The position numbers were made by a program, and so were the translations under genes. From Vicugna vicugna (Eukaryota), in contig MU057865.1 in NCBI GenBank assembly GCA_013265495.1, positions 124,001 through 188,000 on the forward strand: a stretch of DNA of 64,000 nt. The letters are read 5' to 3'. How positions within the stretch are numbered: the first letter of the stretch is position 1; each line of letters starts with the position of its first letter. The notes under the pieces were generated by a model, which had not been told where the DNA came from, searched no databases, and saw only the letters and a program-made list of their open reading frames with translations. Shown here one piece after another: positions 14,181-27,589 of this stretch.

Positions 14181-14754
14181 ATGGACGTGTCTGCTCTCAT
14201 CCTTCAAGGAGCCCTTTTTGGCCACTGGGCCCTGTGTGGGGGCGTCTGAAAAAGAAGCCAGCTGCGTTTGGAAGTTCACAGGTGAAACAGAGGCTCTCAG
14301 CATGTAAGTTTTCCCTTCCTTTCAAGTTCCCTGTGACCACTGCTGCCCCTTGTGGGTTCTCCCTTGGCTTCTGTCTGACACTCCTCCCCTCTGCCACCGT
14401 TCTTGACCCCCATCTCCTTGGCAGGCTCGGCACAGACACTGGGCTTGGAGAGATGGGATGCATGTTCCCCTGTCCTCAGCAAGTCACTCTTCTCCATTAT
14501 GGGAGTGCTTTGAGGACAAAGGTCATCACTCACCTTGCTTAGTTTCTGTTGTAAAGTTCAGCACAAAATGATTTACTGACTAGCTATTCATAAAATAGTT
14601 CCTGACTGCAAGATGAACTGCCTCTGTTACTGCGACTTCCTAAGGCAATAAACATACCAGCCAGTAAAGGAGATTGGATGGTTATCTCCAAATGTTTTTG
14701 ACTAGACTCCCCTCAGTCCAAAAAAAGGATTATGTATATATTTGAGCAACGTCT

Positions 14755-15196
14755 TGTAACTGAGCAGGACCCTGTGGGGACTTCCAGGGTCAGACCCATC
14801 CACATCCCCACCCCCCTGCTGTAGCTCCTCTATGAAGTACCCAGACAATAGTGTGTCATGTATATTTCTTGAGTTTCTCAGATGCTAAAAGCCACCGCCG
14901 AAGGGAAGAAATTAACTACTTGATCGAGAGCACGTGGCCCCCAGACCTTCAGGCACCTGGGGGTCACGCTCTGTGACCTCAACATCAACCAATCAGAGAA
15001 TTGTGCACAAGCTGATCACGTACCCTGTGACCCTCCTCCCTTACCTGGCTTTTAAATGTGCTTTGCTGAAACCCTTTGGGGAGTTCAGGGTTTTTTGGGG
15101 CATGAGCCACCCCGCCATCCTTCTCTGCTCCAAACTGATGTTTCAGTTTGTTTGGCCTCTTGATGCAGGGGGCACCTAAACTTGCCTTTGGTAACA
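14755..15196 (+). mobile_element. ERV1-like solo LTR
   Basis: TGTAAC..GTAACA termini, TSD GTCT/GTTT, internal CCAATCAG. Confidence 0.85.
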
Positions 15197-16720
15197 GTTT
15201 CTTGACATATGCATATTTCTTTATGAATTATATACATGTTAGGTACCACCATGCTAACATAATACATCTACATTTCTTCCTATTTTTAGATGATAGATTA
15301 TTTTATTTCTGCACCCTCTGGAAAATACTGGACTAAACTAGCATTCCTTTTGCCGCCTTTACTCCTCTCTGCCCTCCTTCCCGAATCCACATAGACAAGT
15401 ATAAAATTCTCATAAAAAGGAAAGAAGATACAAGAATTATCACCACCCCCCTCCCCCGAGTTAAAGGCAGCTTCCCCGCCTCCTCCCTCTCTGCCCCCTA
15501 TGTCTGGAGGAAACATCACCAGACGGACCCACCGACACACACCCAGACCTCTTCGATCTGGAATGTAAGCCAAGGAAACACAGCTTTGCTCCCCACCACA
15601 TGAGTAATACCAGCCACGATGCCACTTCTAAACAACTCCAGACACTCTCTTCACGTTGCCAGAGAGAAAATAACTTTGAGCTCATATCATTTCAGCAGAA
15701 AGCTAACTCGGTAATTTTCATCTGGATGGAATAAGGAAGAATTATCAGGGCTTGTCTGTTACCCATGCAGGAAAGACAGGCGTAGAAACATCCTCTCTGT
15801 CAAATTGAACGGCCGCATGGTTTAGCGCCCTCAGACTCTGGTTTAACATCAAGCTGTCTTGGGCTTTAAATGAAATGTCAAATATAATTTGGCTCTGGAT
15901 TCCCCGAGATATATGATTGCCCTTGGAGAAAATTTGATAACTCAGTGCTCTGGTGTCAAATGTGTGTCTACCTGATAGGGTGCTCTGTAAAGCTGCCCTC
16001 CACCACATAAAAACCGTCAGCCACCTTGATGGGCCAGGCTCCATCCCTGGCTTTAACAGGCATGAGACATCACAAAAAGAAAATTTTATGTCCATGAGTC
16101 AAAGGCCACTGTTCAGAGTTCTCTCTTGGAATCTAATCTGCACAGAATACGAAATCCCAGTATTCAAACACAGAGACTTGCAAAGTCTTAAGACACAATC
16201 AGTCATGCCCATGACAAGATATTGCCACTTGTCACACAGTCCCTTCCTTTCAGCGTCTTTCTGAATCCCTCATTTCACTGCCCCTCACTTGGCATTACTT
16301 TTCTGAATTTGTGGGAGAATCAGACTCAGTCCCAAAACCCAACTGAAAAAAAAAAAGTAAAGAAGAAAATACATAGCTGCCTGCTTCTTGAAGGCAAAAC
16401 AAACTTACGGCTCAAACTCAGAAGGGCTGAGGGGCTGGTATTCACTAGGCTGCTGTTGGACCATGTGGATAATTAGTGAATGCAATCAAAAGACCCACAG
16501 TGTGGTCCGAAGTGATTTTTGAAAACTAACACGGTAGGTAAAGTAATCTGACAGCCTTAATCTTGAGTATGCATAAACATTTTGGTGGAGTGTGTCTGTG
16601 GGAGGGGCAGTGAACCATCCTCTTACAGACATACGACTGCTCCTTACTGAGCATTTGAAATGAGCCTGGCTGTTACACTCCATCATCTGTAGCCCTCAGA
16701 CCCAGACCCACAAAGAAAGG

Positions 16721-17847
16721 TGCTGTGGTTTGAATTGCATCCTTCCCCCCAAAAAAACATGTGTTGAAGTCCTACCCCCAGTATCTCGGAATGTGATTTT
16801 ATTTGGAAATAGAGTCTTTACAGAGACCGTCGAGTTAACATGAGGTTATCGAGGGCAAGCCCTAATCCAACAGGACTAGTGCCTTCATAAAAAGACACAG
16901 AGACAGACAGGCACAGAAGGAAGACGCTGTACAGATACAGGGAAGCTGCCGCGTGAGGATGAGGGATGGGAGTGATGCATTTACCAGCCAAGGAAGCCCT
17001 GGGGACACCAGAAGCCGAGAGAGAGGCAGGGAGCAGGGCCCTCTCTAGTGTCTTCAGAGGAAACAGGCCCTACAAACATGATGATTTCAGATTTTCAGCC
17101 TCCAGGACTGTGAGGTGATGAATGTCTATTGTTCCGAGTTGCCCAATTTGTAGGATTTTGCTGTGGAAGTGTTGCAGGTAGGTGTAACTCGTGTTCCAGG
17201 TTCTTGTCCTGTTCCAGGAAGAATTCAGAGACAAGTTACGCAGGTTAAGAAAGTAAAGTGGGGATTTATTAAGGGATGGATATTACACTCCCAAGGGGAG
17301 AGTGGGCAGACTCAGATGAGCAGCTGCCCTGAGTGTCTTTGGCAAATTGGTTACACAGGGTGTAAAAATGAATGGGCAGAATATTCATTGGGGAGGGAAG
17401 GGTCTGGGGTCATATTCCCTGATTTTCATCCCAACTCCAACTTCCCGAGTGGAGGAGGGATTTTTGTCCTTATTTAGTCTGGATCGGAAGTGTCATGGCA
17501 TCAGTACATGATGGGTACTTCTGATCTGCAAGTCTAATTTTATAGAAATGAGGGCATAATGAGCAAAAGGTTACATTCAGACACGAGATTCCTGCCTTTT
17601 CCTGCCTTTCTTTGTCAGCCTCCAGGCCACTCATCACCCCAAAATTTGTGACAACTTATCAGCCCAGAGGTTCCTGCTTTTCTTTCTCTGCCCAGGCACT
17701 CCTGGTGCTCACATGATGTCTGGTTTCCTGCATTTGGCCTGTGTGCCTCCTCTCTACCCAGTTCCTGCCATCTGGCCTGTGTCCCCTCTGTGTCTGCTCA
17801 CATCTAGCTGTCTGCCTGCTCTGAGAGAGCACTACCAAACAAATACA
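16721..17847 (+). mobile_element. MaLR MLT1B/C-like LTR interrupted by an ERV1 LTR
   Basis: TGCTGTGGTTTGAATTG start, CCAGAAGC.GAGAGAGGC and CAGCCTCCAGGACTGTGAG motifs, AATACA end, 5-bp TSD AAAGG/GAAGG. Confidence 0.85.
17170..17826 (-). mobile_element. ERV1-like solo LTR, family B copy 1
   Basis: Reverse complement colinear with 56743-57341; direct match to 63440-64000; minus-strand AATAAA at ~17265. Confidence 0.9.
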
Positions 17848-18695
17848 GAAGGCAGAGATTACCATTCATATGTTGTAATCGTGAAAACTGAGGCAGAATT
17901 CAAAGTCAGCTCTGTCTGACTTCAGAGCTCAGTCTCATGCACCAATATAGCAATGTTTCCAAACTGCTTTCCTGGGGCCTGGGATCCACAGGCAGATGCC
18001 TGCAATTCAAAGCACTCAATCCGAAAACAAAAATTCTTAATTTTCTATTTGCATTTCAATTATGTTTAAAAATGATGAATATACAACAGCTTATCTTAAT
18101 GACCATCTAATAACCAAACACTACCCCATGATTTCTGTGTCCAAGCTTTGTGTTTGTGTCGGTGATGGAGTTGGTACCAACTGGCACTCCTTTAATTTTT
18201 AATTGTTCCAGAAAAAGTGGAAAAACAGTACAGCATGCTTATTACATAAATAATCATTTTTGCACAATGTGGAATCCAAAGAGCATCGTAGCTGACTGTC
18301 TGAAAGGAAATTCTGCGGGCAAATTGAGTCATCATCAGACAACACTTAATGGCACACTCATGCTGATCTCAAAAGGCTGTGTCATCGTAGTCAGAGCCAC
18401 AGTGCTGCCTGGAACAATTTTTTTTTTCAAATATCATCATCACATATGAGTAATATTGTTAATGAACATTTTCTTGGGTTGTATTTTTGTTTCTATTTCA
18501 TTAATAACTTTTTATGTTCATTATTGCGCCAAGAGCAAGAGGCATTAAAACACATGTCTACGTTTTATGATTGTAAAAGAGGTGAGAGAATTGTCAGGAT
18601 GTTAAGCTGTTTGCAGTCTGCGTGCTTCAGACGTTAATCTGGTGCTCAGTGCTCTCTCACATCAGGGGCACTTGTGGGGCCATGAATGGAGCTAC

Positions 18696-19213
18696 TGTAA
18701 CAGGGAAGCACAAATCTGACTTCATATGAGATCTATTCCTTTGACTCTAACCCTTGCTCTGTTTCCTGTGCTGAGTCGTGCTGGCTCTGCACCTTTTGTA
18801 AAAGGATGCTGCCTTTAGCCTGAAATATATAGGGAAGCCCATTCTCAAGGCTCTGACCTTTAAGCGTATAACACTTTACCATTCATATAAAGATAAAAGG
18901 TTGCAGAAGAGAAAACAACATTTGTCTTGTTGGAGTCTACAGGGACACCATGACCTGACCTATGTGGACAGCTGCAAGAACAAAGGATCCTGACAGCAAG
19001 AAGTTTGCGACAACCAACCACATCCCCTCCTCTTTTTAATATAAAAGGGACTTAAATTCTGACTTGGGGAAGATGGTTTTCCACGACAGTAGCCCCGCAT
19101 CTTCTCAGTCTGCTGGCTTTCACAGTAAAGTCACTATTCCTTGCCCCAGCACCTCATCTCCCAATTTATTGGCCTGTTGTGCGGCGAGCAGAACGAGTTT
19201 GGACTCGGTAACA
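18696..19213 (+). mobile_element. ERV1-like solo LTR, family C copy 1
   Basis: TGTAAC..GTAACA termini, TSD CTAC/CTCC, TATAAAA box, homologous to 53891-54341. Confidence 0.9.
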
Positions 19214-20474
19214 CTCCTGGAAGACCACAGTGCACAGGGATTTTTGAGAAAGCCTCCCTTATTAAGGAGCTAACCCTTGAAGAGATACCCCTTGGTGAAT
19301 TAGCTACTAGGGGTCTCGGGCCCAATTCCTGGGCCCCAAACATGGTCTGAGAGGAGCAGAGCAGTAGGGTTTAAGTTGCGCTGGGAACCCGGATGAGCCA
19401 TCTCAATGATTACCAGCAGGGACAATGACTGCCGTGCTTTGTCACTGTCTACGAGCCTCCTAAGCCCTTTACGTGACCTTTAGTGGCGGTGTCAGCTGAG
19501 CAGCAGCGAGTCCTAATAAGATGAAGATTCAATTTCCTGCTGGCCTGGCAGGATGAGGGTTCAGAGTCTTATTCAATCTGAATTAAAGTACATAAAGTAA
19601 AGGAACCTATTTGGCAAATTCAAATGTTCTACACACTTATTTAATTAATGTTGTAATTTAAAATTATCTAGGCCAATTCTTTGGGACTGAAGTTTTTTTT
19701 TCCCCCCTCTTCTAAAAGAAGCCTGAATGTTACTAGGTTTAAAATGCATGGCGTTACTCAGAGTTGCCTTCTAGGGTAGTAACTAACAGCTTAGCATGAG
19801 TTAATCCACCTGCCAGCTAGCTGTCACCTTGGAAACCGAAGAGCAGAGCCCCAAGGGATAGGGCAAGTGGATTTATAGACTTAAATAACAATTTCAGATA
19901 ACTAGAGAAGAAATGTCACAGATAGTTCATGATTAATTGCCAAATGAGTTGCAAACAATGTCTGCTTAAACATAAGAGTTCCCTGCATTTTCTCAGGTTA
20001 GAGTTTTCATATACCTACTTCTCTCAGTCTCACTGAGGTGGCCAAGAGTGGACTGTGGCCATATGAACCTGATCCACCACCAACAAATACTTTGCCATCC
20101 TTTTACCACTGGCTGTCACTCCTCCAGAGGGGAACACAGAAGGTGAAGAGAACACAGGATAACTGGGGATCTGAGGGAGATGTAAGAAGGTAAAATTTTG
20201 AAGGTAAATAGGCTTACCTGAGGGGCCTGGACAAGATTTCACCCCCACCCACTCACCCATAGCCCTGGGTGCCACCGAGCTAGTCAATTTCTAGGCTCTG
20301 TCTGAAGATCATTCACCAGCCAGCCCTCCTCTCCAAGTCTATCCTCCTAAAGCAAGCCTTTGTTATCTCCCATCTAGGTCTGGCGCAAGTCTCTTAACTG
20401 CTCTCCCAGATCCCCAGCCTAGGACCCTGCTGATGAGCAAATGCACCCCTCTACGTACAGCCCTTCAGTGGCCC

Positions 20475-21271
20475 TGTTAGGCAGTTAGACAGAAATGAGC
20501 ACCGGGCAAGGGGAAAGGAAGGGGGAAGGGAGCAACCCAGAAAATAACAATGTGTCTGCACGCGGGATAAGGGGCTCTAAAAACGTTCCCTAAATGAGGG
20601 CCAGCAAGGAAGCCAGCTGGGATCCACTGCTGCATCTGTGCAATAGAGGGAAGGACCCGGCTTAACCTGACCGGATGCTCATTGCAATGTAATTAACATT
20701 ACAGTCTGAGCCCCTCCCGTGGGTTTCTCTGTGTGCTTCATCGGTAAGGACCTGCCCAAAAGGGGATGGGCACACCTGAGCTCAAGGAACCAGAGCTGCC
20801 AGTCGGCCTGATCCCTCAGACAACCTGAGCCATGTATCAGTCAGTCATGAAAACGCCCCTAAGCCAGGATATAAAAAGCAGGAAAGGGGGGAGCAGGGTG
20901 CAGCTCAGTGGTAAGAGCGCACGCTTAGCTTTCACGACGTCCTGGGTTCAATCCCCAGTACTTCCATTAAAAAAATATATATATATGAAAACCACAAAAA
21001 AAGACAACTTGCACAGCATTGTAAACTAACTATACTTCAATAAAAAAAAATTTTTTTAAAAAGCAAGAAAAACAAAGGTGTGGCACCATCGTCCCTCTCT
21101 TGGACTGGCCGGCTCCCAATTCTGGGTTGGGACTTCTCTATGTTTTACCACTCTTTTACTTGAATAATAAAATCTTGTTTATATGACACTTTCTGTCTCT
21201 CATTAAAAATTCTTTTTTTTTTCAGGTGACTAAGAACCGAGGTAATTCTCATTTGCCCCCTCCCAGTAACA
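20475..21271 (+). mobile_element. ERV1-like solo LTR containing a SINE
   Basis: TGTTAG..GTAACA termini, exact TSD GCCC, TATAAAA at ~20870, AATAAA at ~21166. Confidence 0.9.
20886..21057 (+). mobile_element. tRNA-derived SINE head joined to an L1-type 3' tail
   Basis: A and B boxes, then CATTGTAAACTAACTATACTTCAATAAAA; TSD AAAAAGCAGGAAA/AAAAAGCAAGAAA. Confidence 0.88.
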
Positions 21272-22734
21272 GCCCCACGGCCCTACGCTCTGCAGTCTTG
21301 ACTCCCCGCTTCTCCCCCACAAGATCTGACCCGCAAATTGCTGTGCTTTGGGTTCACCCAACTCTCTGTCGTCAAGCTTGTTTTCACGCCTCTTCCTGGA
21401 GCTTCCTCCTCACTGTGTTTCCAGAACCCACTCCTCCCGGACGCCTGGCCTCTCCTCCTGCCCTTGAGCTGGCGTAGTGTCTGGCTCCACTCACACCTAT
21501 CAACGTGGTTCAGAGTAGTTGGTATTTAATGAGATGTGTCCTGTTGTCCCGGAATCTAGGCTCCAAGTGAGGACAATAGATGAGAACTGACACATTCTAA
21601 GGGGGAGCTGAAGTCCGCTGGGCCACCCAGGCTGAGTGACAGAACTCTGGAAGCGTGAACGGAGTGTCAGTACATGACTAGGAAGTTCTCGGCGTTTCTC
21701 ATCCCAAGTCCTGGAGGAAGGGCTTGAAGAGCATTACCTGTAGATCCTGGTGTGGCTGCGAGAGGGGAGGCTGGAATCCCAGTCCCCACTGGGTGTCACT
21801 GTGCCACAGGATCACAGCAGCCTGGGGTCCACGTGAAGCACAGAGTGAGTGTCCTTGGCAGGACATATGTGGATGGAGACTGAAACCCGCTTGGCACCCG
21901 AAGGACTCTGGGGACACAGGGCTGCCCAGAGACCCAGGATAGCAATGAGAGCCCATCGGGCAGCATCAGAAGAGTGTTGGGCTCGACAAGTGTAGGAGAG
22001 TTTTCTGTGGACCAAGCTGCAGGCGCAGAGGACAGCCAAGCGAGAGGTAACTTGATGAGGTCCTGCCCAGGAAGGCTGGATGCTTGTAGACTGACCTCAG
22101 AGGGACAGGGGTTAAAAAAGGGGTTGCCAAGAGCCACCCGGAAAAATGTGGCCCTTGTGTTAGGAAACTGCACAGCAGGAATCCCCATGCTGGAGGTGGG
22201 GTGTTGGCGCACGGCAGCAGGTCCCAGGAGCAACCTACAACGTGCTTCCTGTGGCATCTGGACACCTGTTACAGCCAAGGGCGTGGATGCCAGCCTGACG
22301 AGCCAGCAGCCGTGTGCCCGTTGCCTCCCTTCCCCTTGCAAAGGCCAATGCCTGACCTTACCTCTCCCAACCCTGGGGGGACATGAAGCAGGATGGGGGA
22401 AGGTGACAGAGAGAATGGATCACACTGGTCCCCACGGGTCACCAAGACACAAGTTAAACCTGCTCTGAGTGAGTAAGAGAAGCCTTAAATTAGATGTGAT
22501 CTGAGAGTTTTTAAAAGGACAGAACTGGGCTTTTGAATGCCAGAAAGGGACTTCAGATTGTCAAGAAGGAGTAAAACAGATCGGACAGCTATGGAATCTG
22601 CCCAAAATGTCATCAAAAGGCAAAGAAGGGAAATAAGATAAAGCATGCTGCAGGAAGTGGCCAGATACTAACAAAGCCATTTCCTGTTTAGACTCTACAA
22701 CCCCAAACCAAGGAACAAATTCGTTTTATTTTTA

Positions 22735-22830
22735 CATATATCTATAAAAGGTGTGCATGTATATAAATGCGTGTATATATATAAAGAGATGTTATATATA
22801 TGTGTGTGTATGTACGTGCACACATATATT
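22735..22830. repeat. Degenerate (TA)n/(TG)n microsatellite
   Basis: Alternating purine-pyrimidine run. Confidence 0.8.
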
Positions 22831-23419
22831 CTTTTAGTCTGTAGCTTTTCAAAGAAAATAGCATATTTGTTCATTTTATACCCTCTGCCCCTGCCATGCT
22901 GCTTATGGTGAGATGAAATGAAGAGCCATCTGGGTGGATTCAAGATTACACTGTCTGGCGCATCCACACGCGTCAGACCGTCAGACACAGCAACACTGGG
23001 ACCACACTTTGCTCTCTCTTCCCGCGGCAGCCACTTCCAATCAACGCTGCGAATCCTGGTGGAATCCTAAGAGGACCTGGGATCATTTCATCCTCCCAAC
23101 TCTACTCATCTTCCGAAGGCCCACAGAGATGGGGTGACAAATCCTATGGCCAGGGACACACACTCAGATGCCACTCACCTCCCCTTTGTCTGAGGGTTTC
23201 TACCTGTCAGCCTTGTCCAAGTGACAAATGCATTCAGTACAAAAATGGAACCTCCCAGGCCATCGCTTACAAAAATGACTCCTTTACACAGCCAGGCTTG
23301 CATGAAGTCCCAGCAGTGAATGCAATTTCTCCAGGAGAACTTGGAGGTAAAGTGGGCAGAGAGGAAGAGGCAGCTGTGGAGTATTTTCCTGAGTAAATTA
23401 ATTAAAAAGATGGTTCTGG

Positions 23420-23948
23420 TTTTCTGTTGCTGTGCAACAAACAACCCCAAAGTGTAGTAGCTTGAAAGGATGATTTTATTTGGCTCATGCTTTTGTGGGT
23501 CAGGAATTCAGAAGAGGCGGGACTAGGGAGTTGCAATCTGGATGCTGCAGCATTAGCTGGGACAGCGGAGGAGGAAGGGTTCACATCCAGGATGGCATCT
23601 CTGCTTCTGCTCTGAGACCTGGGCAGGACGCCTGGCACAGTGGATGCTGGTAGGTGGCTGGGAGCCCAGCTACAGCTGTCGGCCCGAGAGCTGACACTTG
23701 GCCTTTCCATGTGTCTTGGCCTTCTCACAGCAGGTGGCCGGATTCCAGAGACAGCATCCCAAGAGCAAGTGTACCAAAAGGCTCCAGCTGATGCTGAAAG
23801 GCTTCTTACGACTAATCTCACAAGTCCTAGAACATCATTTCTTTCACATTCCTTGGGGGAAGCAAGCAAATGGCTAGGGGAGCAGAATTAGTCTCCATCT
23901 CTCAATGATGAGAACAGCAAAGTGCTGGTGGCAATTTTCATCAACTAC
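23420..23948 (-). mobile_element. Old MaLR MLT1-type LTR
   Basis: TTGCTGTGCAACAAACAACCCCAAA..TGTGGGTCAGGAATTCAG..TCCATCTCTCAATG; boundaries approximate. Confidence 0.75.
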
Positions 23949-24334
23949 GGGGACACTAAGATGTATTCCCCATGCGGGGCCCCCCTTCCTTTCTTCACCT
24001 CATCTTTATGTTAACATGGTACAGAATGGACATGCCAAAGAGACAAAAGCCAGGCCTTCCTTCTGCCCAGAGTTGACTATTAACACCTTGAGCAAGTCAA
24101 TTAACCTCTCCTGCGTGTCAGAAAAGGTGTGACTTCCCCAGGTGGCAGTGAAGAAGGGGTCACATGCTTATGGAGCAAGCAACAAACCCAGCCCACAGTC
24201 TTCTTCAGTGTGAACACTGTTTTGACATACATAAATGTACATTAACACAGAGGTATATATGTACATATGTACACATATACACATATTAAAGCATACATTT
24301 GCTTAATTGGTCCGTTTAAAAACTGGTTGATGCC

Positions 24335-24495
24335 TTATAAAATTCAGAAGATCTAGCAACCCTGGACATGCCTTCCAGCGTGGCCAAAACTGCCTGGAAC
24401 TGAGGGTCGGCTGTCCTCTTTAGAGGGGGCTGCCCCTCTCTGGTGTGCCTACATCACTCAGGCCAGAGCCAGTCAGGCACCAGAGTTTGCTTCTC
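24335..24495. mobile_element. MER102-like hAT DNA transposon remnant
   Basis: GAAGATCTAGCAACCCTGG..GGAACTGAG..GGCTGTCCTCTTTAGAGGGGGC resembles recalled MER102. Confidence 0.55.
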
Positions 24496-24499
24496 AGCC

Positions 24500-24760
24500 A
24501 CACGGTGTAATGGTGAAGAGCACACACATGATGGCTTGGATGGCAGGTGTTCAAGTCCCAGCTCTGCCATTCAGCTTAGAAGTGATTTAACATCTTGCCT
24601 TAGTTTCATTGGCTAATAAGGATAATAATGGTGACCTGCCTCACAAGGCTTCCTGAGGCTTAAGTGGATTTACATACATTATGTTAATATGTAATTAATA
24701 TAGTATAATAATTAATACATTAATAATATATATAGAAAAGTGCTTAGCATGTATTGCTAC
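24500..24760 (+). mobile_element. MIR SINE remnant
   Basis: GGTGTAATGGTGAAGAGCA..GTTCAAGTCCCAGCTCTGCCA..AAGTGCTTAGCA. Confidence 0.75.
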
Positions 24761-26224
24761 CACTTTCACAGTACTGTAATCATAGTAAGAATCAAATGAA
24801 AAGATTAATGGAAAATTACTTTGAAAATGTGTAGGCATTAGTACTAGATTATTATATTTTTATTACATACAGTACAGAAGATTTCTGATCAGTGATTTTT
24901 TTCTAGCCTTCTGTAGAATACTTCCAGGGCAAAGAACTCACCTCCATGTATGATAATCTTATGACAATTCATTCCATAGTTAATCATTCTATTTTTAGAA
25001 AATTCTTTCTTAAATTGAGCCTACACAAAAATTGCCGTAACATCTCTCCGCATAAATGAATTTTCTCACTTCCGTGAGCTGCCATAGGATTTACTTTCTG
25101 TACATTTCCTCTGGCACTGACTTCTTATTTTCTTACGAAACTAATTTATTCTTCCTTCAAACATTCATCACATGTCAGACACCATGCAAGGGACCAAAAA
25201 TGTAACATTGACCAGCACCCAGCTCCCACACAAGAGAAGCTTATCGCTCACTGTATCTGCCGATGTGTACTGTAGGACGCTCCATGCATTAACTGTTTTG
25301 TTCTTTCTTGCATAAAAATAATGTCACCTTCTATTTCCACCATTTAGTAAGCGCTTCCAGCGAGCTGATAGCAATTGATTTTCAGAAGGATTCTGTGATG
25401 TAAACTTTATAATTCCAACTGTAGAGATGAGGAAATTGAGATTTTTGCAGTGTCTCTCCACGCCACCCCTCTGACCCATCTCCAGCTCCTGGGGGTAGGG
25501 TTGGGCCCCAGAGCACACTTGAAAAAGGGGTTCAAAGGATTAATAGATGAACAAATCAGACCTGAGCCAATGAGGAGAGGGACTAATTCTGTCCAACACT
25601 GTTCCCGAAGCTGAGCAGCTAGTTCAGTTCAGACAATGGAGCCTGTCTGAAGTCAATTCTTGTAGACTGGACAAGTATGAGAACAGAGGGCTTCCAGGAG
25701 GGAGCACGCCCAGGAAACCAGGGATTCATGAACTGCCTGACATAATCGACTCTATCCAAGCTTGTAGTAAGAAGCCATTGGAGTTTATTGAAAGTATTAG
25801 TACTAGATATAGAGAAACTACATCGAAAATAGACCATACTTTAAAATGAGGCAATTATTAAATCTAAGGGAAAAAAGAAAGGAACCATGATTTATTTACA
25901 ATACATAGCTCAGAAGTAAATGACATAGTATTACTGAATTAACTAAACATATTCACATAGCCACAGTGGGAGAATGGGAGGGACAGAAGGAGAGGGTGGT
26001 TGAAGAATGCTAAATCTTTGCTATAGTCACAAAATAAGATAAGAGATAAATCAAGAAATCACAGTATTAGCATATTATTTAAGACTGTGGATTCAAGGAC
26101 CAGAAGGACAAACAAAAGAGTTGAAAAAGGTTGCCTCTGGGGAACATGACAAGAGGGCAAACTGATGAGAATAAGGACATTGTAAGCCCTTTAGAAATGC
26201 ATTCACTTTTTAACCTCATGCTCA

Positions 26225-26670
26225 TTTTACTTTTGTTCACACTAGCCAAACGGTGGCAACAGCCCAAGTGGGCATCAGTGGATGGATGGATGGATGGATG
26301 GATAAACAAAAGGTACTGGCCATACAATGAAAGAAACTCTGACACATGTTACAACATGAATAAACCTGAAGGATTTTATGCTAAGTGAGATAAGCCAGTC
26401 ATAAAAAGACAAACACTGTACGATTCCACTTACATGTGCTATATAGAGTAATTCATAGCAAAATTCGCAGAAACAGAAGGTGTGTTGCCAGCTGCTGAGG
26501 GAGAAGGAGGAATGGGGAATTCTTCAGTGGGTATAGAGTTTCAGTTTTGCAAGATGAAAAGAGTTCTGGTGATTGGCTGAACAATTAATGCTGCTGAACT
26601 GTGCACTTTATAATGGTTAAGATGGTAGTGTTATTTGTACTGTATCGCAATGCAAAATTTTTTTAATTAG
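26225..26670 (+). mobile_element. L1M(B)-type 3' end fragment
   Basis: Decayed ORF2 C-terminus (LFTLAKRWQQPK) and 3' UTR AGAGTTTCAGTTTTGCAAGATGAAAAGAGTTCTG. Confidence 0.8.
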
Positions 26671-27589
26671 AAAACAACAGCAAACAAAGAAAATGTAGCC
26701 TGGTGATGGAGTCATAACCAGGTGATATGCAAAATACTTACCAACCAAAATGGCATGGGAACGGAATAATCAAAACGGACACAGTTAAAAAGTGAGAAAT
26801 TTAGCAAATAGCTACGTGCTTACTCCACAATAATTAAATGCAAAGTTTAATCTTTTTTATGTATTTCATTGTTTCATGCTATGAGTACATAGTATAATTC
26901 TGGAGGAATATCAGCCTACAGTAGATGCCAGGAGACGTAGCACCTCACGTAGCAGAAAGAGCACTGAAGCTAAAATCAGAAGGCCCTGAGTCCAAGCTTT
27001 GCATCCCCACTGCTTAGCTGAGCGACTAACCCGCAGTGCCAGAGTTACAGACTCATGGAACAGTTGTGAATAAATCAAGAAAAAAAGAATGCTTAAAAGA
27101 ACTCATAAATATAAAAGCATGTTGTAATTTCTATTATACTCTGCAAACATAAGGACTTTTAGTAATATTACACTTTTCCATGACTAAGATAGCATTCTAG
27201 TTATGATTTAGAGTCTTCTTTAGGGCTCCTGAAATCATCCCATTTCCAAAGTGAACACATTATCTTTCAAGATTTGTTGTTAGTGCAATTTATATATTGC
27301 AACCAGCTGGGAATTGTGTTGCAAAAGAGAAATAGAAAATATTTTGGGTGAAGGTGCTGGCTAAAGTCACCCTGAGAGACACCCAGAGAGACAAGGACTG
27401 TCCTTGATCTTTTGACCACGTCTGGTCACTTCGTGGACAGTCTGATTAGCATCTGCAATTTCAAGAACTTTTGATGAGTATGCTTGATATTAGAACTCCC
27501 GGTCCTCTACAGAACAACTGAGGAGGTCCCTTGAGCTAATTTTCACACTCCAAAACACAAAACTTTAGAAACTAGAAATCTGACCACTG

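Noticed and set aside
21699..22468. Overlapping 70-180 aa ORFs on both strands
   Set aside because: GC-rich stretch, possibly an ancient LTR remnant; no homology recognised and no coherent exon structure
14530..23390. Isolated strong minus-strand donors (14534, 20218, 23179)
   Set aside because: Matching acceptors are weak or ambiguous, so exons cannot be called without RNA data
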